Assembly (NCBI GenBank): GCA_035063585.1
Contig: JAPSGB010000005.1
Coordinates: 128,001-192,000, forward strand
Reading direction: 5' to 3'
DNA: 64,000 bases
Source of the DNA: Polyangiaceae bacterium
GTDB taxonomy: Bacteria > Myxococcota_A > Polyangia > Polyangiales > Polyangiaceae
The position numbers and the translations under genes are program-made. Below, piece by piece: positions 41,970 through 50,761 of the stretch (the stretch's first letter is position 1; the number at the start of each line of letters is the position of its first letter). The notes beneath the pieces are model-generated. The model saw only the letters and a program-made list of their open reading frames with translations. It ran no database searches and was not told where the DNA came from.

Positions 41970-42533
41970 TCAAGAGGCGTAGGCGTCTGCGCGTCGCGCG
42001 CGGAGCTCTCGCTCGATCTCGCCGCGCGCGTCATCGTCGAGTAGCCGCTCGAGCGCCGGGAGAACGACCGCCTCTTCTGCGGCGAGGTGCGCGTCGAAGA
42101 GCTGCGCGAGCTCCGTGAGCCGGTCGAGCTGGGCGGCTCGGAGCGCGCCCCAGGCGGTCGGGTTGGCCGTGAGCTCCGACCACGCCTCGAGGAGCCGCGG
42201 CAACACGGCATCGATCCGCTGGTGCTCTGTGTGCATGGTCGCGAGCGCCTGGTCGAGGACCGCGTCGCGCCCTCGGAGCCGCGGGAGCACCGACTCTTCC
42301 TCGTCCTGCACGTGCAGCGGCAGCGCTACCGCGAAATACCGGTGGACCTGCGCCGCGACCGCCGAGATCTCGCTCGGCGCCGCGGACGAGTCGGTCATCA
42401 GCCCCTGGGCGAGCGCGGTAAACCGGCGGATCCGGGCGTGACAGTCGAGCAAGAGGCCGAGGGCGCCGCGAGCCTCGAGGCGGCTCCGACGCCCGATGGT
42501 CGGGATGAGCATCTCGAGGAACGTACCGCTCAT
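41970..42533 (-). CDS. Hemerythrin-domain protein
   Basis: DCHARI, LHVQDEE, TEH, AHLAAEE (H / HxxxE / H / HxxxE pattern). Start at 42533 or 42512. Confidence 0.85.
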   Translation of the reverse strand: MSGTFLEMLIPTIGRRSRLEARGALGLLLDCHARIRRFTALAQGLMTDSSAAPSEISAVAAQVHRYFAVALPLHVQDEEESVLPRLRGRDAVLDQALATMHTEHQRIDAVLPRLLEAWSELTANPTAWGALRAAQLDRLTELAQLFDAHLAAEEAVVLPALERLLDDDARGEIERELRARRADAYAS

Positions 42534-42711
42534 CCACGCCTCGGGCAACGCGCCGGCGGCTGGCTCTTGGCACGGCGCGGAGTCGAGACTAAAGTAAAGT
42601 ATAAAGCGATGCTCGATGGGCCGCGGAGCGTACGGGCCGGGCGCGCTCCCCCGGGGAGCCTCGGAATCCCGGCTTCTGCTCAGGGCTCGGGGGGTGATAG
42701 CCTCCGCCGCC

Positions 42712-43215
42712 ATGGTGCTCAGATTGAGCGAGGACGTCGCGAAGGAGCTCTCGGCCCGCCTGCGGGAGCGCGGAGCGCCCGGTTCGGTCGCGCTCACCGC
42801 TACCCATGAGGACACCGAGGCCGCCCTCATCGTCGAGGAGTACGGACCGCTGTGCGAGGTGATGGTCCTCATCATGGTGGCGGACGGTGAGATCCACGAC
42901 GCCGAGCGCGAGGTGCTCCGCGGTGCGCTCCGCCAGCTCGAGCCTCGCGTGCGGACCTCACACCTCGTCGAGATGCTCGCGCGCGCCGAGTCGGCGCGCG
43001 CTCGGGAGGGTGTCGAGGCACGCCTCCGCGCGGTGGCGGCGGCGCTGGAAGACGACCCGGTGCGCGGCGAGGTCGCCTACGTGCTCGGCGCCGCCGTCGC
43101 GTGGGCCGACGACGACGTCTCGCTCGGGGAGAACGCGCTCCTCGAGGAGCTCGCCGAGGCGCTCGGGATTGGTGAGGCGCGCTCGGAGGAGCTGCTCAGG
43201 CTCCTGCTCGCGTGA
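42712..43215 (+). CDS. TerB-family protein
   Basis: MVADGEIHDAERE and AWADDDVSLGENALLEELAEALG duplicated TerB motifs. Confidence 0.8.
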   Translation: MVLRLSEDVAKELSARLRERGAPGSVALTATHEDTEAALIVEEYGPLCEVMVLIMVADGEIHDAEREVLRGALRQLEPRVRTSHLVEMLARAESARAREGVEARLRAVAAALEDDPVRGEVAYVLGAAVAWADDDVSLGENALLEELAEALGIGEARSEELLRLLLA

Positions 43216-44083
43216 TGGCGCGGGCGAGGTCGTTCGGTATCTCGGGCATCGCGCCGCGCCGAGAGGCGACGAACCCGGCGTAGCGGTTGGCGCGCGCGCC
43301 GAGCTCCGCGAGCCCGGCGCCACGCGGCCACAGATGCGCGATGACCGCGCTGAAGGCGTCGCCGGCGCCCACCGCGTCGCCGTCTGCCGTCGAGACGGCG
43401 ACCCCGGCGCTCTCGAGCCGCTCGCGCGGGCTCGCGAGGAGCGCGCCCGCCGCGCCGCGGGTGAGCGCCACGAGCCCGACTCCGCGCGCGAGGAGGTAGT
43501 CGACGGCGTCGCTCGCGCCGGTGGCAGCCACCAGGCGCGCCGCCTCGGCCTCGTTCAGCTTGACCGCGCTCGCGTGCCGGATGGCCTCGTCGATGACCTC
43601 GCGCGTGTCGAACGGGGGCCGCACGTTGAGGTCGCAGAGCCTGAGACAGCGCGCCGGTGCCGCCGCGAGCGCCTCGGCGAGCGCTCCTCTGCCGAGCACC
43701 GTGCGTTGCGCGAGCGTGCCATAGACGAGGACATCGGCGCGCAGGACGGCGGCTCGGGCGTCCGCGTCGAACGCGATGCGATCCCACGCAGCCTGCTCGG
43801 CGATCTGGTAGCGGGGCTCGCCATCGATGGTGGCGACCTCGACTCGACCGGTCGGGCGCTCGGGATCGACTTGTACGAGCGTGGTCTCGACTCCTCGCGC
43901 GGCGAGCGCGCCGCGCGCCGCGCGCCCGGGCTCGTCGTCGCCGACGCGGCTGATGAGCGACGCATGAGCGCCGAGCACCGCCGCGTGATACGCGACGTTC
44001 GCCGCCGCGCCCCCGAGCCGCCGCGTGTCCGCGAAGGTGTCCCACACGAGCTCGCCCCACGACACCACCCGAAGTCTCTCCAC
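43196..44083 (-). CDS. PfkB-family carbohydrate kinase (fructokinase-like)
   Basis: GELVWD, GGAAANVA, DLNVR, KLNEAE, DAVGAGDAF. GTG start at about 44083. Confidence 0.9.
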   Translation of the reverse strand: MERLRVVSWGELVWDTFADTRRLGGAAANVAYHAAVLGAHASLISRVGDDEPGRAARGALAARGVETTLVQVDPERPTGRVEVATIDGEPRYQIAEQAAWDRIAFDADARAAVLRADVLVYGTLAQRTVLGRGALAEALAAAPARCLRLCDLNVRPPFDTREVIDEAIRHASAVKLNEAEAARLVAATGASDAVDYLLARGVGLVALTRGAAGALLASPRERLESAGVAVSTADGDAVGAGDAFSAVIAHLWPRGAGLAELGARANRYAGFVASRRGAMPEIPNDLARAITRAGA

Positions 44084-44139
44084 GCCGCCGAGCTTAGCCC
44101 GCTCGATTCCGCGCCGGAGCGGCATCCCCTTGAAGGACG

Positions 44140-44310
44140 CCGCGCGGTGTGGTTGTCTCCTGCTCGTCCGACCTGTCGAGGGAAGCCGGTGAGAGTCCGG
44201 CACGGAGCCGCCGCTGTAACCTGTCGCGGCCCGGATCACGAAGCCACTGGCGAAGCTGGGAAGGCGATCCGGGCATCCACGGGGAGTCAGAAGACCCGCT
44301 GGTCGGACCT
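44140..44310 (+). ncRNA. Cobalamin (B12) riboswitch
   Basis: AGGGAA-GCCGG-tgagagt-CCGGC, GCCGCTGTAA, stem GCCCGGATC/GATCCGGGC enclosing GCCACTG…GGGAAGGC, B12 box AGTCAGAAGACC at 44285-44296. Boundaries approximate. Confidence 0.9.
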
Positions 44311-44397
44311 CGGTGTTCCGGGCGCCTCATGTCGGGGCGGCGCGGAATCCCGGGGAACGCCTGCCGGGCGCGAGCCTCGCCCGAGAAGGAATCGACG

Positions 44398-45654
44398 ATG
44401 GATGGCGTGTTGCGCGGGTGGGTCGCGTCCGCGGTCGCGCTGTGCTGCGCGTGCGGCGCGCCCGAGCCGCCCGGGAACACCGGCGGGACCGGGGTGGACG
44501 CGGGCGTGTGCGGGCGGGGTCTCGTGGTCGTGGAGACCGATTATCAGTCGTCCAACGTGTCGCTGGTCGGGGTCGACGGCGCGGTGCTCTCGGCGTCGCT
44601 GCTGTCGTCCGCCTCGACGGGGACCGCGCTCTCCGCGCCGCTCGGCGGCGACGTGGTCGTGCCGACGCCGAGCGCCGACGGGAGCCGGCTCGTCCTCATC
44701 GATCGGTATCCGGCGAGCGTGCTCACCTGGGTCGAGGTCGCCAGCGGAGCGGTCTCGGCGCAGCTCCGAGTCGGTATGGGCTTCTCGAGCAACCCCCAAG
44801 ACTACGTACCGATCGACGCGCGCAAGGCCTACGTCCCGCGCTTCGAGTCGAATCCGAGCCCGGGGCGCGAACCGTTCGACGAGGGCGGGGACGTGCTCAT
44901 CGTCGATCCGAGCGGGCCGCGGGTGACGGGTCGCGTCGATCTGACGCCAGCGATGGCCGGAGAGGACCCGCGGTTCTTGCCGCGCGCGAACCGCGCGCTC
45001 GCGCTGGGCGGCTCGGTGTTCGTGCTGCTCTCGGGGTACGCGCGGGACTGGTCGGCGTCGGCGGAGTCGCGCCTGGTCCGTATCGACCCCTCAGCCGACG
45101 CGATCCGCGAGGTGCTCGTGCTCCGCGGACTTCACGGCTGCGGCGCGCTCGCGCCGTCTCCCGACGGGGACGAGCTCGCCGTCGCCTGCACCGGCGGGTT
45201 CGAGCGGAGCTCTACCGCGGACATCACGACTTCGGCGGTGGTGCGCGTGGCGCTGGAGCCCGCGCTGCACGAACTCGCGCGCTATCGGGCGGCGAGCTTC
45301 GGAGCGGGGCCGGCCGGGTTCGGGCTCGACTACGCCGCGGCGGGCACGCTCGTCGTCACGACCTTCGGCTCCTTCGGCGACGCGCACACCGCGCCCGAGG
45401 ATGACACCGTGAGCGCGCTCACCATCGCCTCGGGAGAGGTGTCGACGCTGCTCCGCTCGCGCGGCGTGCCGTTCAGCCTCGGTGAGGTGCGCTGCGTGCG
45501 CGAGTGCGAGGCGTGCTTCGTCACCGATGCCGAGACGGGAGGCGGGGTGGTCCGGCGCTTCCAGATCGAAGCTGAGGGTCGGCTCTCGCCGGGCGAGGCC
45601 ATCCTTCCGAACCCGGCCATCGGGATGCCCCCTCGTTATCTCGGCCGGTTCTAG
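44398..45654 (+). CDS. Putative beta-propeller lipoprotein under cobalamin riboswitch control
   Basis: AAGGA RBS and ATG 44398; Cys-containing signal (VALCCAC); repeated beta-strand blades (TDYQSSNVSLV, SNPQDY, LVRIDP). Confidence 0.8.
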   Translation: MDGVLRGWVASAVALCCACGAPEPPGNTGGTGVDAGVCGRGLVVVETDYQSSNVSLVGVDGAVLSASLLSSASTGTALSAPLGGDVVVPTPSADGSRLVLIDRYPASVLTWVEVASGAVSAQLRVGMGFSSNPQDYVPIDARKAYVPRFESNPSPGREPFDEGGDVLIVDPSGPRVTGRVDLTPAMAGEDPRFLPRANRALALGGSVFVLLSGYARDWSASAESRLVRIDPSADAIREVLVLRGLHGCGALAPSPDGDELAVACTGGFERSSTADITTSAVVRVALEPALHELARYRAASFGAGPAGFGLDYAAAGTLVVTTFGSFGDAHTAPEDDTVSALTIASGEVSTLLRSRGVPFSLGEVRCVRECEACFVTDAETGGGVVRRFQIEAEGRLSPGEAILPNPAIGMPPRYLGRF

Positions 45655-45751
45655 GCGTCGTCACGCGGTCCGGGTTCACGCTCGGCGGCGCTCGCCCGAG
45701 CTGGCGCGCGGCCTCGACGAGGTGGGGCGATCAGGGTAGAAGGTCCCGCAG

Positions 45752-46162
45752 ATGACGCTGGCGCTCGAAGGCAGCGGGCACAGCCCGATCGACGTCGTCA
45801 ACCTCGTGGCGGTGGTATTCGGTGTGATGTTCTCCTACCGCCGCCTCAACGTGTCGCGGCGGCCGTCGTTGATGTACCCGGAGGTCCCCGAGGGTGACTT
45901 CGAGTACTGGAAGTCCCTCGAGATGTCCGGCTGGAACCTGGGCGCCATCGCGTGCGTGCTGAAGATCGCTGCGGATTTTGCGTTCCGGTACGCTTACGTC
46001 GAGCGGGCGCAGGCGGACTGGCGGATTTACGGCCCCATAGGCTTCCTCATCTTCGCGTCGTGGATCGTGGCCATGGTGATCGCCGCGCTCCGACTGCGGA
46101 AGGGGCGCATCGTCCGCGCCGCGCTCGGGATCGACCTCGACCGGCCGATCCCCCTCGACTGA
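45752..46162 (+). CDS. Hypothetical membrane protein (3 TM)
   Basis: Three hydrophobic segments, typical codon usage. Confidence 0.75.
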   Translation: MTLALEGSGHSPIDVVNLVAVVFGVMFSYRRLNVSRRPSLMYPEVPEGDFEYWKSLEMSGWNLGAIACVLKIAADFAFRYAYVERAQADWRIYGPIGFLIFASWIVAMVIAALRLRKGRIVRAALGIDLDRPIPLD

Positions 46163-46216
46163 GATCCGGCCCTCGGGAAGAACTGCGCTCGGGGCTCCGT
46201 AACATCCGGAGCGACG

Positions 46217-46399
46217 ATGACACGCGCGAAGCTCGAGCGGACCCTCGGTATCCTCCTGGCCGGTATGCTTCAGGCGGAGCAGCAGCTCGCCTCGGAGCAG
46301 GCGGGGTCGGGGGTCTACCGGCTCTTGCCGTTCGCCATCGAGCCGGGCCCGAGAGAGGCTGCCGCCAGCCCGAGCCCGCCGCCGCAGGGGCGGGGCTGA
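46217..46399 (+). CDS. Small hypothetical protein
   Basis: ATG after GGAG; fills the gap up to the convergent TetR stop. Confidence 0.45.
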   Translation: MTRAKLERTLGILLAGMLQAEQQLASEQAGSGVYRLLPFAIEPGPREAAASPSPPPQGRG

Positions 46400-46400
46400 G

Positions 46401-47126
46401 TCAGCTCTGCGCCGGCATCGGGTCTGCGCCGGCGCGGGCACGGAGCCCGGCCCAGATGAGGTCGAGCTGCTCCCGGTAGGCGGTGCGGACGCGCTCCGGA
46501 GCCCCAGAGCACAGCCACAGCGGCACGCCGAAGAACGTGCTCACCAAGGCGAGCAACGCCTGGTCGAGCTGAAGCGTCACCGGGAGCTCGCCGAGCTCGA
46601 CCGCCCGCTCGAGGTGGGGCTTCCACAGGTTCTCGAGGCGGATGTCCGGGAGACTCTCCACGCAGTCCACCGTGGGAAACGCCTGCAGGCACTCGGCCAG
46701 CGTGATCCCTTCGCACTCGCGGGTGCACGGCGCGGGTCGCGGCTCGAGCGCCATGTGCCCGATGATCTCCTGCATCATCCGCGGGTGCTCGGCGAGGTGC
46801 TGCGCGGTGAGATCGAACACCTGCTCCACGAAGGCGAGCCCGGCGCTCGAGCCGACCGCTTCGCGCGCGCGGAGCGTGACGTCGAGCGTCCAGATTTGGA
46901 TGAAATAGTGTAGGAGGTCGTCTTTCTTCTTGAAGTAATTGAAGAAGGTCGCCTCCGAGACTCGCACCGACTCGCAGAGCTCTTTGACCGTGATCTCCGA
47001 GAGCGGCTTCTCCTTCAGCCGCTCGACCGCGGTGCTCAGGAGCGCCAGCTTGGTGCGCGCGAACTTCCGCTCGCGAAGCGTCGGCCGCGGCTGTGCGGGA
47101 TCGGAGATGGGGTCGGGCTCGGTCAT
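46401..47126 (-). CDS. TetR-family transcriptional regulator
   Basis: LRERKFARTK…ITVKELCESVRVSEATFFNYFKKKDDLL HTH. Start at 47126 or 47147. Confidence 0.92.
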   Translation of the reverse strand: MTEPDPISDPAQPRPTLRERKFARTKLALLSTAVERLKEKPLSEITVKELCESVRVSEATFFNYFKKKDDLLHYFIQIWTLDVTLRAREAVGSSAGLAFVEQVFDLTAQHLAEHPRMMQEIIGHMALEPRPAPCTRECEGITLAECLQAFPTVDCVESLPDIRLENLWKPHLERAVELGELPVTLQLDQALLALVSTFFGVPLWLCSGAPERVRTAYREQLDLIWAGLRARAGADPMPAQS

Positions 47127-47216
47127 CGGGGCCGATACGCGGTACATAGTACCGAGGACCCGAGGCGGAACCCCTCGCGTGCTCCCGCGCGCCGCCGAGC
47201 GCTCTGCTCGCGCCGC

Positions 47217-47654
47217 TCAGAACCCGTGGACGGCCGTGACGTACCATCCGAGGCCGACCACGAGACCCGAGAGCCCCGCCGCCAGCCCGAATGAGAGCGC
47301 GGCCGCGCGGCGAAGCTCCCGGCTCTCGCGCGGCGCGACCAGCGCCGCGACCAGCGCTCCGATCGCGAGGCACGCGACCGTGACCGCGACGTGCTCCTTC
47401 GTCTCGAACGCGAGCCCCGCGCCGACGCTCTTCTGAAACAGGGTGCGCTTCACCAGGCGGCGATAGTCACCATAAATGAACGCCCCAGCGGACCACGCGA
47501 GCGCTGCTAGTAGGCCGGCGAGCGCGACCGCCCAGCGGCTGCGGGGGGTGAGCGGCTTGCCGCGCCGCAAGAGGAGCGCCGGGTGAACGAGCGCCGCGGT
47601 CGCCAGCACGCCGATCGCGCCGTGGAGGCTCTCGAGCAGCCGCGCGAGGCTCAC
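47217..47654 (-). CDS. Four-TM membrane protein with His residues (FETKEH motif)
   Basis: GTG 47654 overlaps the upstream stop; four hydrophobic helices. Confidence 0.75.
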   Translation of the reverse strand: MSLARLLESLHGAIGVLATAALVHPALLLRRGKPLTPRSRWAVALAGLLAALAWSAGAFIYGDYRRLVKRTLFQKSVGAGLAFETKEHVAVTVACLAIGALVAALVAPRESRELRRAAALSFGLAAGLSGLVVGLGWYVTAVHGF

Positions 47655-47986
47655 GGAAACACCCACGCGGCGAGGGCCAAGAGCGGCACCACGATGCCCG
47701 TCGCGAGCGCGAGCCTCCGAGCGCGCGCCTCGCCACGTTCCGGAGCCCGACGAAAGTGGGCGTAAGCGATGGCCGCCACCATGAGACCGCACCACACGGC
47801 GACCCCGGCGCGCCAGAAATACACCGTGTGGAGCGTCCGCAGGATGAGCACCGGGCTCGTCATCGGCTCGCGCAAGTACTCGTAGAGCCGCTCTGCGGTG
47901 TAAGTCGCCGGAGCCGCCAGCCCGAACACGAGCGCGGCGGCAGCGACGGCAGAGGCACGGGCGTCACGGGGTTCGCTGTTCGTCAT
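47651..47986 (-). CDS. Small membrane protein (3 TM)
   Basis: Three hydrophobic segments; coupled to the downstream gene. Confidence 0.7.
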   Translation of the reverse strand: MTNSEPRDARASAVAAAALVFGLAAPATYTAERLYEYLREPMTSPVLILRTLHTVYFWRAGVAVWCGLMVAAIAYAHFRRAPERGEARARRLALATGIVVPLLALAAWVFP

Positions 47987-48158
47987 CGTCTCGGAGTTCT
48001 CGCGAGTCTCGGCGGTCATCGTCGCGGAGCTTCGTTCGTGGAGCGAACGCCATGGCGGTGAGCACGCTAGCGCCGATGGTGATGAGCGCGATCACGATCT
48101 CGACGGTGCTGTCGCTCGAGCCGTTTCGGGGCGGTCGCTGATGAAGGGGGCGAGGCAT
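47964..48158 (-). CDS. Possible small single-TM protein
   Basis: ATG 48158 just after the upstream stop; TM IVIALITIGASVLTAMAF; LRDDD duplicated. Confidence 0.45.
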   Translation of the reverse strand: MPRPLHQRPPRNGSSDSTVEIVIALITIGASVLTAMAFAPRTKLRDDDRRDSRELRDDDEQRTP

Positions 48159-48163
48159 GGCGC

Positions 48164-49222
48164 TCAGTGCAGCCGATAGTTCACGAGGATGGCGAGGAGG
48201 ACTTGGGTGTGGTCGAGCGCGAGGTACACGGCCGCGAGCTGCGCTGCGATCCCGAGCGCCGTGAGCAGTCGCCGCCGCGACGGTCGAGCTCGGTCTCCCA
48301 GCGCCATGCCGGTAACCGAGGCGACGAGGAGCAGCGCCGCAGAGGCCGGCACGATGAAGAGCATGGCGCGCCACGTCTCCGGGCGATGCACACGCGCGGC
48401 CGCGAGCGGCACCGCGAAGAGCCACCCGGCGAGCGCGAGCCGCGGCGGGGAGAGGCCGCGCGCGAGCGCGCCGGCTCCGAGTCCACGCCAGCCCGAGCCG
48501 AGCGCCGCGGCGAGAAAGGCGACGATGAGCAAGAGCGCGGCGGGCCGCCCGTAGCGCCCAAGCAGCTCGAGCTCGAGGAAGGCCGTCTCGGCGCGCTTGC
48601 CGAGCCCCGCCGCACGGAGATCCGCGACCGAGCCGCTGATGTTACCCAAGCGCGCGCGAGCGAGCGCGAGCTCGGTCGTCGCGAGCTCCCACTCCGCGGT
48701 CTCGACGCCGGGTTCCTCGAGCCAGCGCTCGAACGCGGGGATCGCCCGCGCAGGCCGATCGAGGCGATTGAGCCAGGCCTCGGCGACCAGCGCGCGGGCG
48801 GCGCGGCGGACCGGCCCTGGTGGGAAGCCGGCGAGCTTGCCTTCGAACGCCTCGAGGCGCGCGGCCGTGAGCTCACCCGGCCCGAGGCGTTGCATACGAA
48901 GGAGCTCTATGAGCGGACCGTCCGACTTACCCCCGCGCGCCTCGAGCCAGTCGATCCGCGTCCGCGCGCGCCGGGCGAGCCGCGAGCCCGGCGCGAGCGC
49001 GGCCGCCTCGCGATAGAGCGCGAGCGCGTCGCGCGGCCGCGCCTCCCGCTCGGCGCGCTCCGCTCCACGAATCAGCTCTACCTGGCGCGCGTCGTCGCGC
49101 TCGAGTCGGGACGCGTCCTCGGGGTTCCGCGCCGAGCCGGCATCCTCTGCCCGCCCGAGCGGCGCCACGAGGAGGATGGCGAGGAGGAGGGTCGGCCCGG
49201 CGCGGAACCACGGGGAGCGCAC
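48164..49222 (-). CDS. TPR-like protein with C-terminal multi-pass membrane domain
   Basis: Signal peptide, helical repeats, about 4 C-terminal TM segments. Confidence 0.75.
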   Translation of the reverse strand: MRSPWFRAGPTLLLAILLVAPLGRAEDAGSARNPEDASRLERDDARQVELIRGAERAEREARPRDALALYREAAALAPGSRLARRARTRIDWLEARGGKSDGPLIELLRMQRLGPGELTAARLEAFEGKLAGFPPGPVRRAARALVAEAWLNRLDRPARAIPAFERWLEEPGVETAEWELATTELALARARLGNISGSVADLRAAGLGKRAETAFLELELLGRYGRPAALLLIVAFLAAALGSGWRGLGAGALARGLSPPRLALAGWLFAVPLAAARVHRPETWRAMLFIVPASAALLLVASVTGMALGDRARPSRRRLLTALGIAAQLAAVYLALDHTQVLLAILVNYRLH

Positions 49223-49273
49223 CGCACGCTTCTAGCCGCGGGCTCTCGCTGCGTCGAGCGCCCGGAGCGGCGC

Positions 49274-50656
49274 TCACTTCATGAGCGAAAATGACTCGAT
49301 TTCGCTCGCGTCGTTCCGAAGCGCGCGATAGTCGAGCTTTTTTCCGTCGATGTCGATGATGACGTAGCCGCGCGTCTTCTCGGTGATCTGTTCGAGCGGG
49401 CAGTCCGTCCCGGTGCTGTAGAGCGGCGCGCCGGCGCCGCCGGCCGTGACGTAAATGGTGCCGCTGCCCATGGGCGCCTCGACGCCCGCGCGGATCGGCT
49501 TGCTACGCTCGTAGCAGTGGTTGTGTCCCGCGAGCACCATGTCGACCTCGTGCTCGTCGTAGGCCTTGCCCCAGAGATCGACCTGCGTCGCGAGCGGCGA
49601 GTGGTTCGAGCAGGTGTAGAGCGGCCGATGGTGTACGGCGAAGACCCAGTCGATCTTGGTGCGATCGAGCCCGTCGAGCTTCGTCTTCATCCACGCGGCC
49701 TCGCGAGCGAAGGAGTTTTGATCGGTGACCGTATCGTTGAGCATCAAGAAATACGCGTTCCCATACTGGAACGAGTACCACTCCTCGCCGCGACTATCGG
49801 GGCTCTCGCCCTCGGTCTCTTCGCCTGGGAAGGCAAACTGGACGAAGTAGTTCAGCGCGAGCGCCTCGTGATTACCGACCACGGTCATGAAGGGGATCCG
49901 CGCGAGCGCCTCCTCGGCGGCGAACGAGCCCGCCTTGGCTTGGAAGAACTCGTCCCAGTTCAGCTGATTGGCGCCGACCATGACCGCGTCGCCGGTGAAG
50001 ATCTGGAAATCCGCGGCGGCGTCGCGGGCCGCCCGCTGGATCTCGGCGAAGGCGCCCGGATCGCCTCGGGAGTCGCCCGAGAGCACGAACCGGAACGGAG
50101 TAGTCTTCTCGGGCGCGGGCGCGGTGGCGACGTCGTAGACCGCGCTCCAGTTCCCGGGCCCGCCGACCTTGTAATAGTAGGTGGTGCCCGGCTCGAGGCC
50201 GCAGACGTGCCCCTCGTGGACGCGCGCCTTCTGGTCCGCGTAGAGCGGGCTCGAGCTGCCGAAGATGAACGTGTGACCGAGCTGGACGGAGACGCCCGCG
50301 CCCGCGCGGTCAGCGGCCGCTACCGCCGCCGGGTCCGTCCCGTAGAGCACCTGGGTGAGGCGCGTGTCGAGCCCCGTCCCCCAATTGACGGCGAAGCTCG
50401 AGCTCGGCGGACCCGCCCAGCTCACGTGGACGTTCTTGGGCGTCGGCTCGGCGCCGACGTCGCGGCCGTCCATCGTCGCGTCCTCCACCGACTCGGGCAG
50501 GCTCACCGCGTAGTCGCAGCGCTTCGGCGTGTACGAGGCAACCGGTGCGCCGTTCCCGCCGCCGCCGCTCGGCGCGTCATCGGATGAGCTGCCGCACGCG
50601 TAGAGCGCGACCGCGACCAGGGAGGTGAGCGTGAGCCCCAAGCGCAGCTTCGTCAT
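49274..50656 (-). CDS. Purple-acid-phosphatase-like metallophosphoesterase lipoprotein (FN3-like + calcineurin-like domains)
   Basis: Lipobox LYAC, GLEPGTTYYYKVG, GDSR, TGD, VGNHE, HH, GHNHCYER. Confidence 0.9.
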   Translation of the reverse strand: MTKLRLGLTLTSLVAVALYACGSSSDDAPSGGGGNGAPVASYTPKRCDYAVSLPESVEDATMDGRDVGAEPTPKNVHVSWAGPPSSSFAVNWGTGLDTRLTQVLYGTDPAAVAAADRAGAGVSVQLGHTFIFGSSSPLYADQKARVHEGHVCGLEPGTTYYYKVGGPGNWSAVYDVATAPAPEKTTPFRFVLSGDSRGDPGAFAEIQRAARDAAADFQIFTGDAVMVGANQLNWDEFFQAKAGSFAAEEALARIPFMTVVGNHEALALNYFVQFAFPGEETEGESPDSRGEEWYSFQYGNAYFLMLNDTVTDQNSFAREAAWMKTKLDGLDRTKIDWVFAVHHRPLYTCSNHSPLATQVDLWGKAYDEHEVDMVLAGHNHCYERSKPIRAGVEAPMGSGTIYVTAGGAGAPLYSTGTDCPLEQITEKTRGYVIIDIDGKKLDYRALRNDASEIESFSLMK

Positions 50657-50761
50657 GGCAGAAGCACGTTAGCACGACCGCCGGGCCGGCCGCTCCCGCC
50701 GCGACGGGAGCGGGGGCCGCACGGGCCGGTCGCAGGCGGCCAGCGAGGGGCCGCGCGCCCG

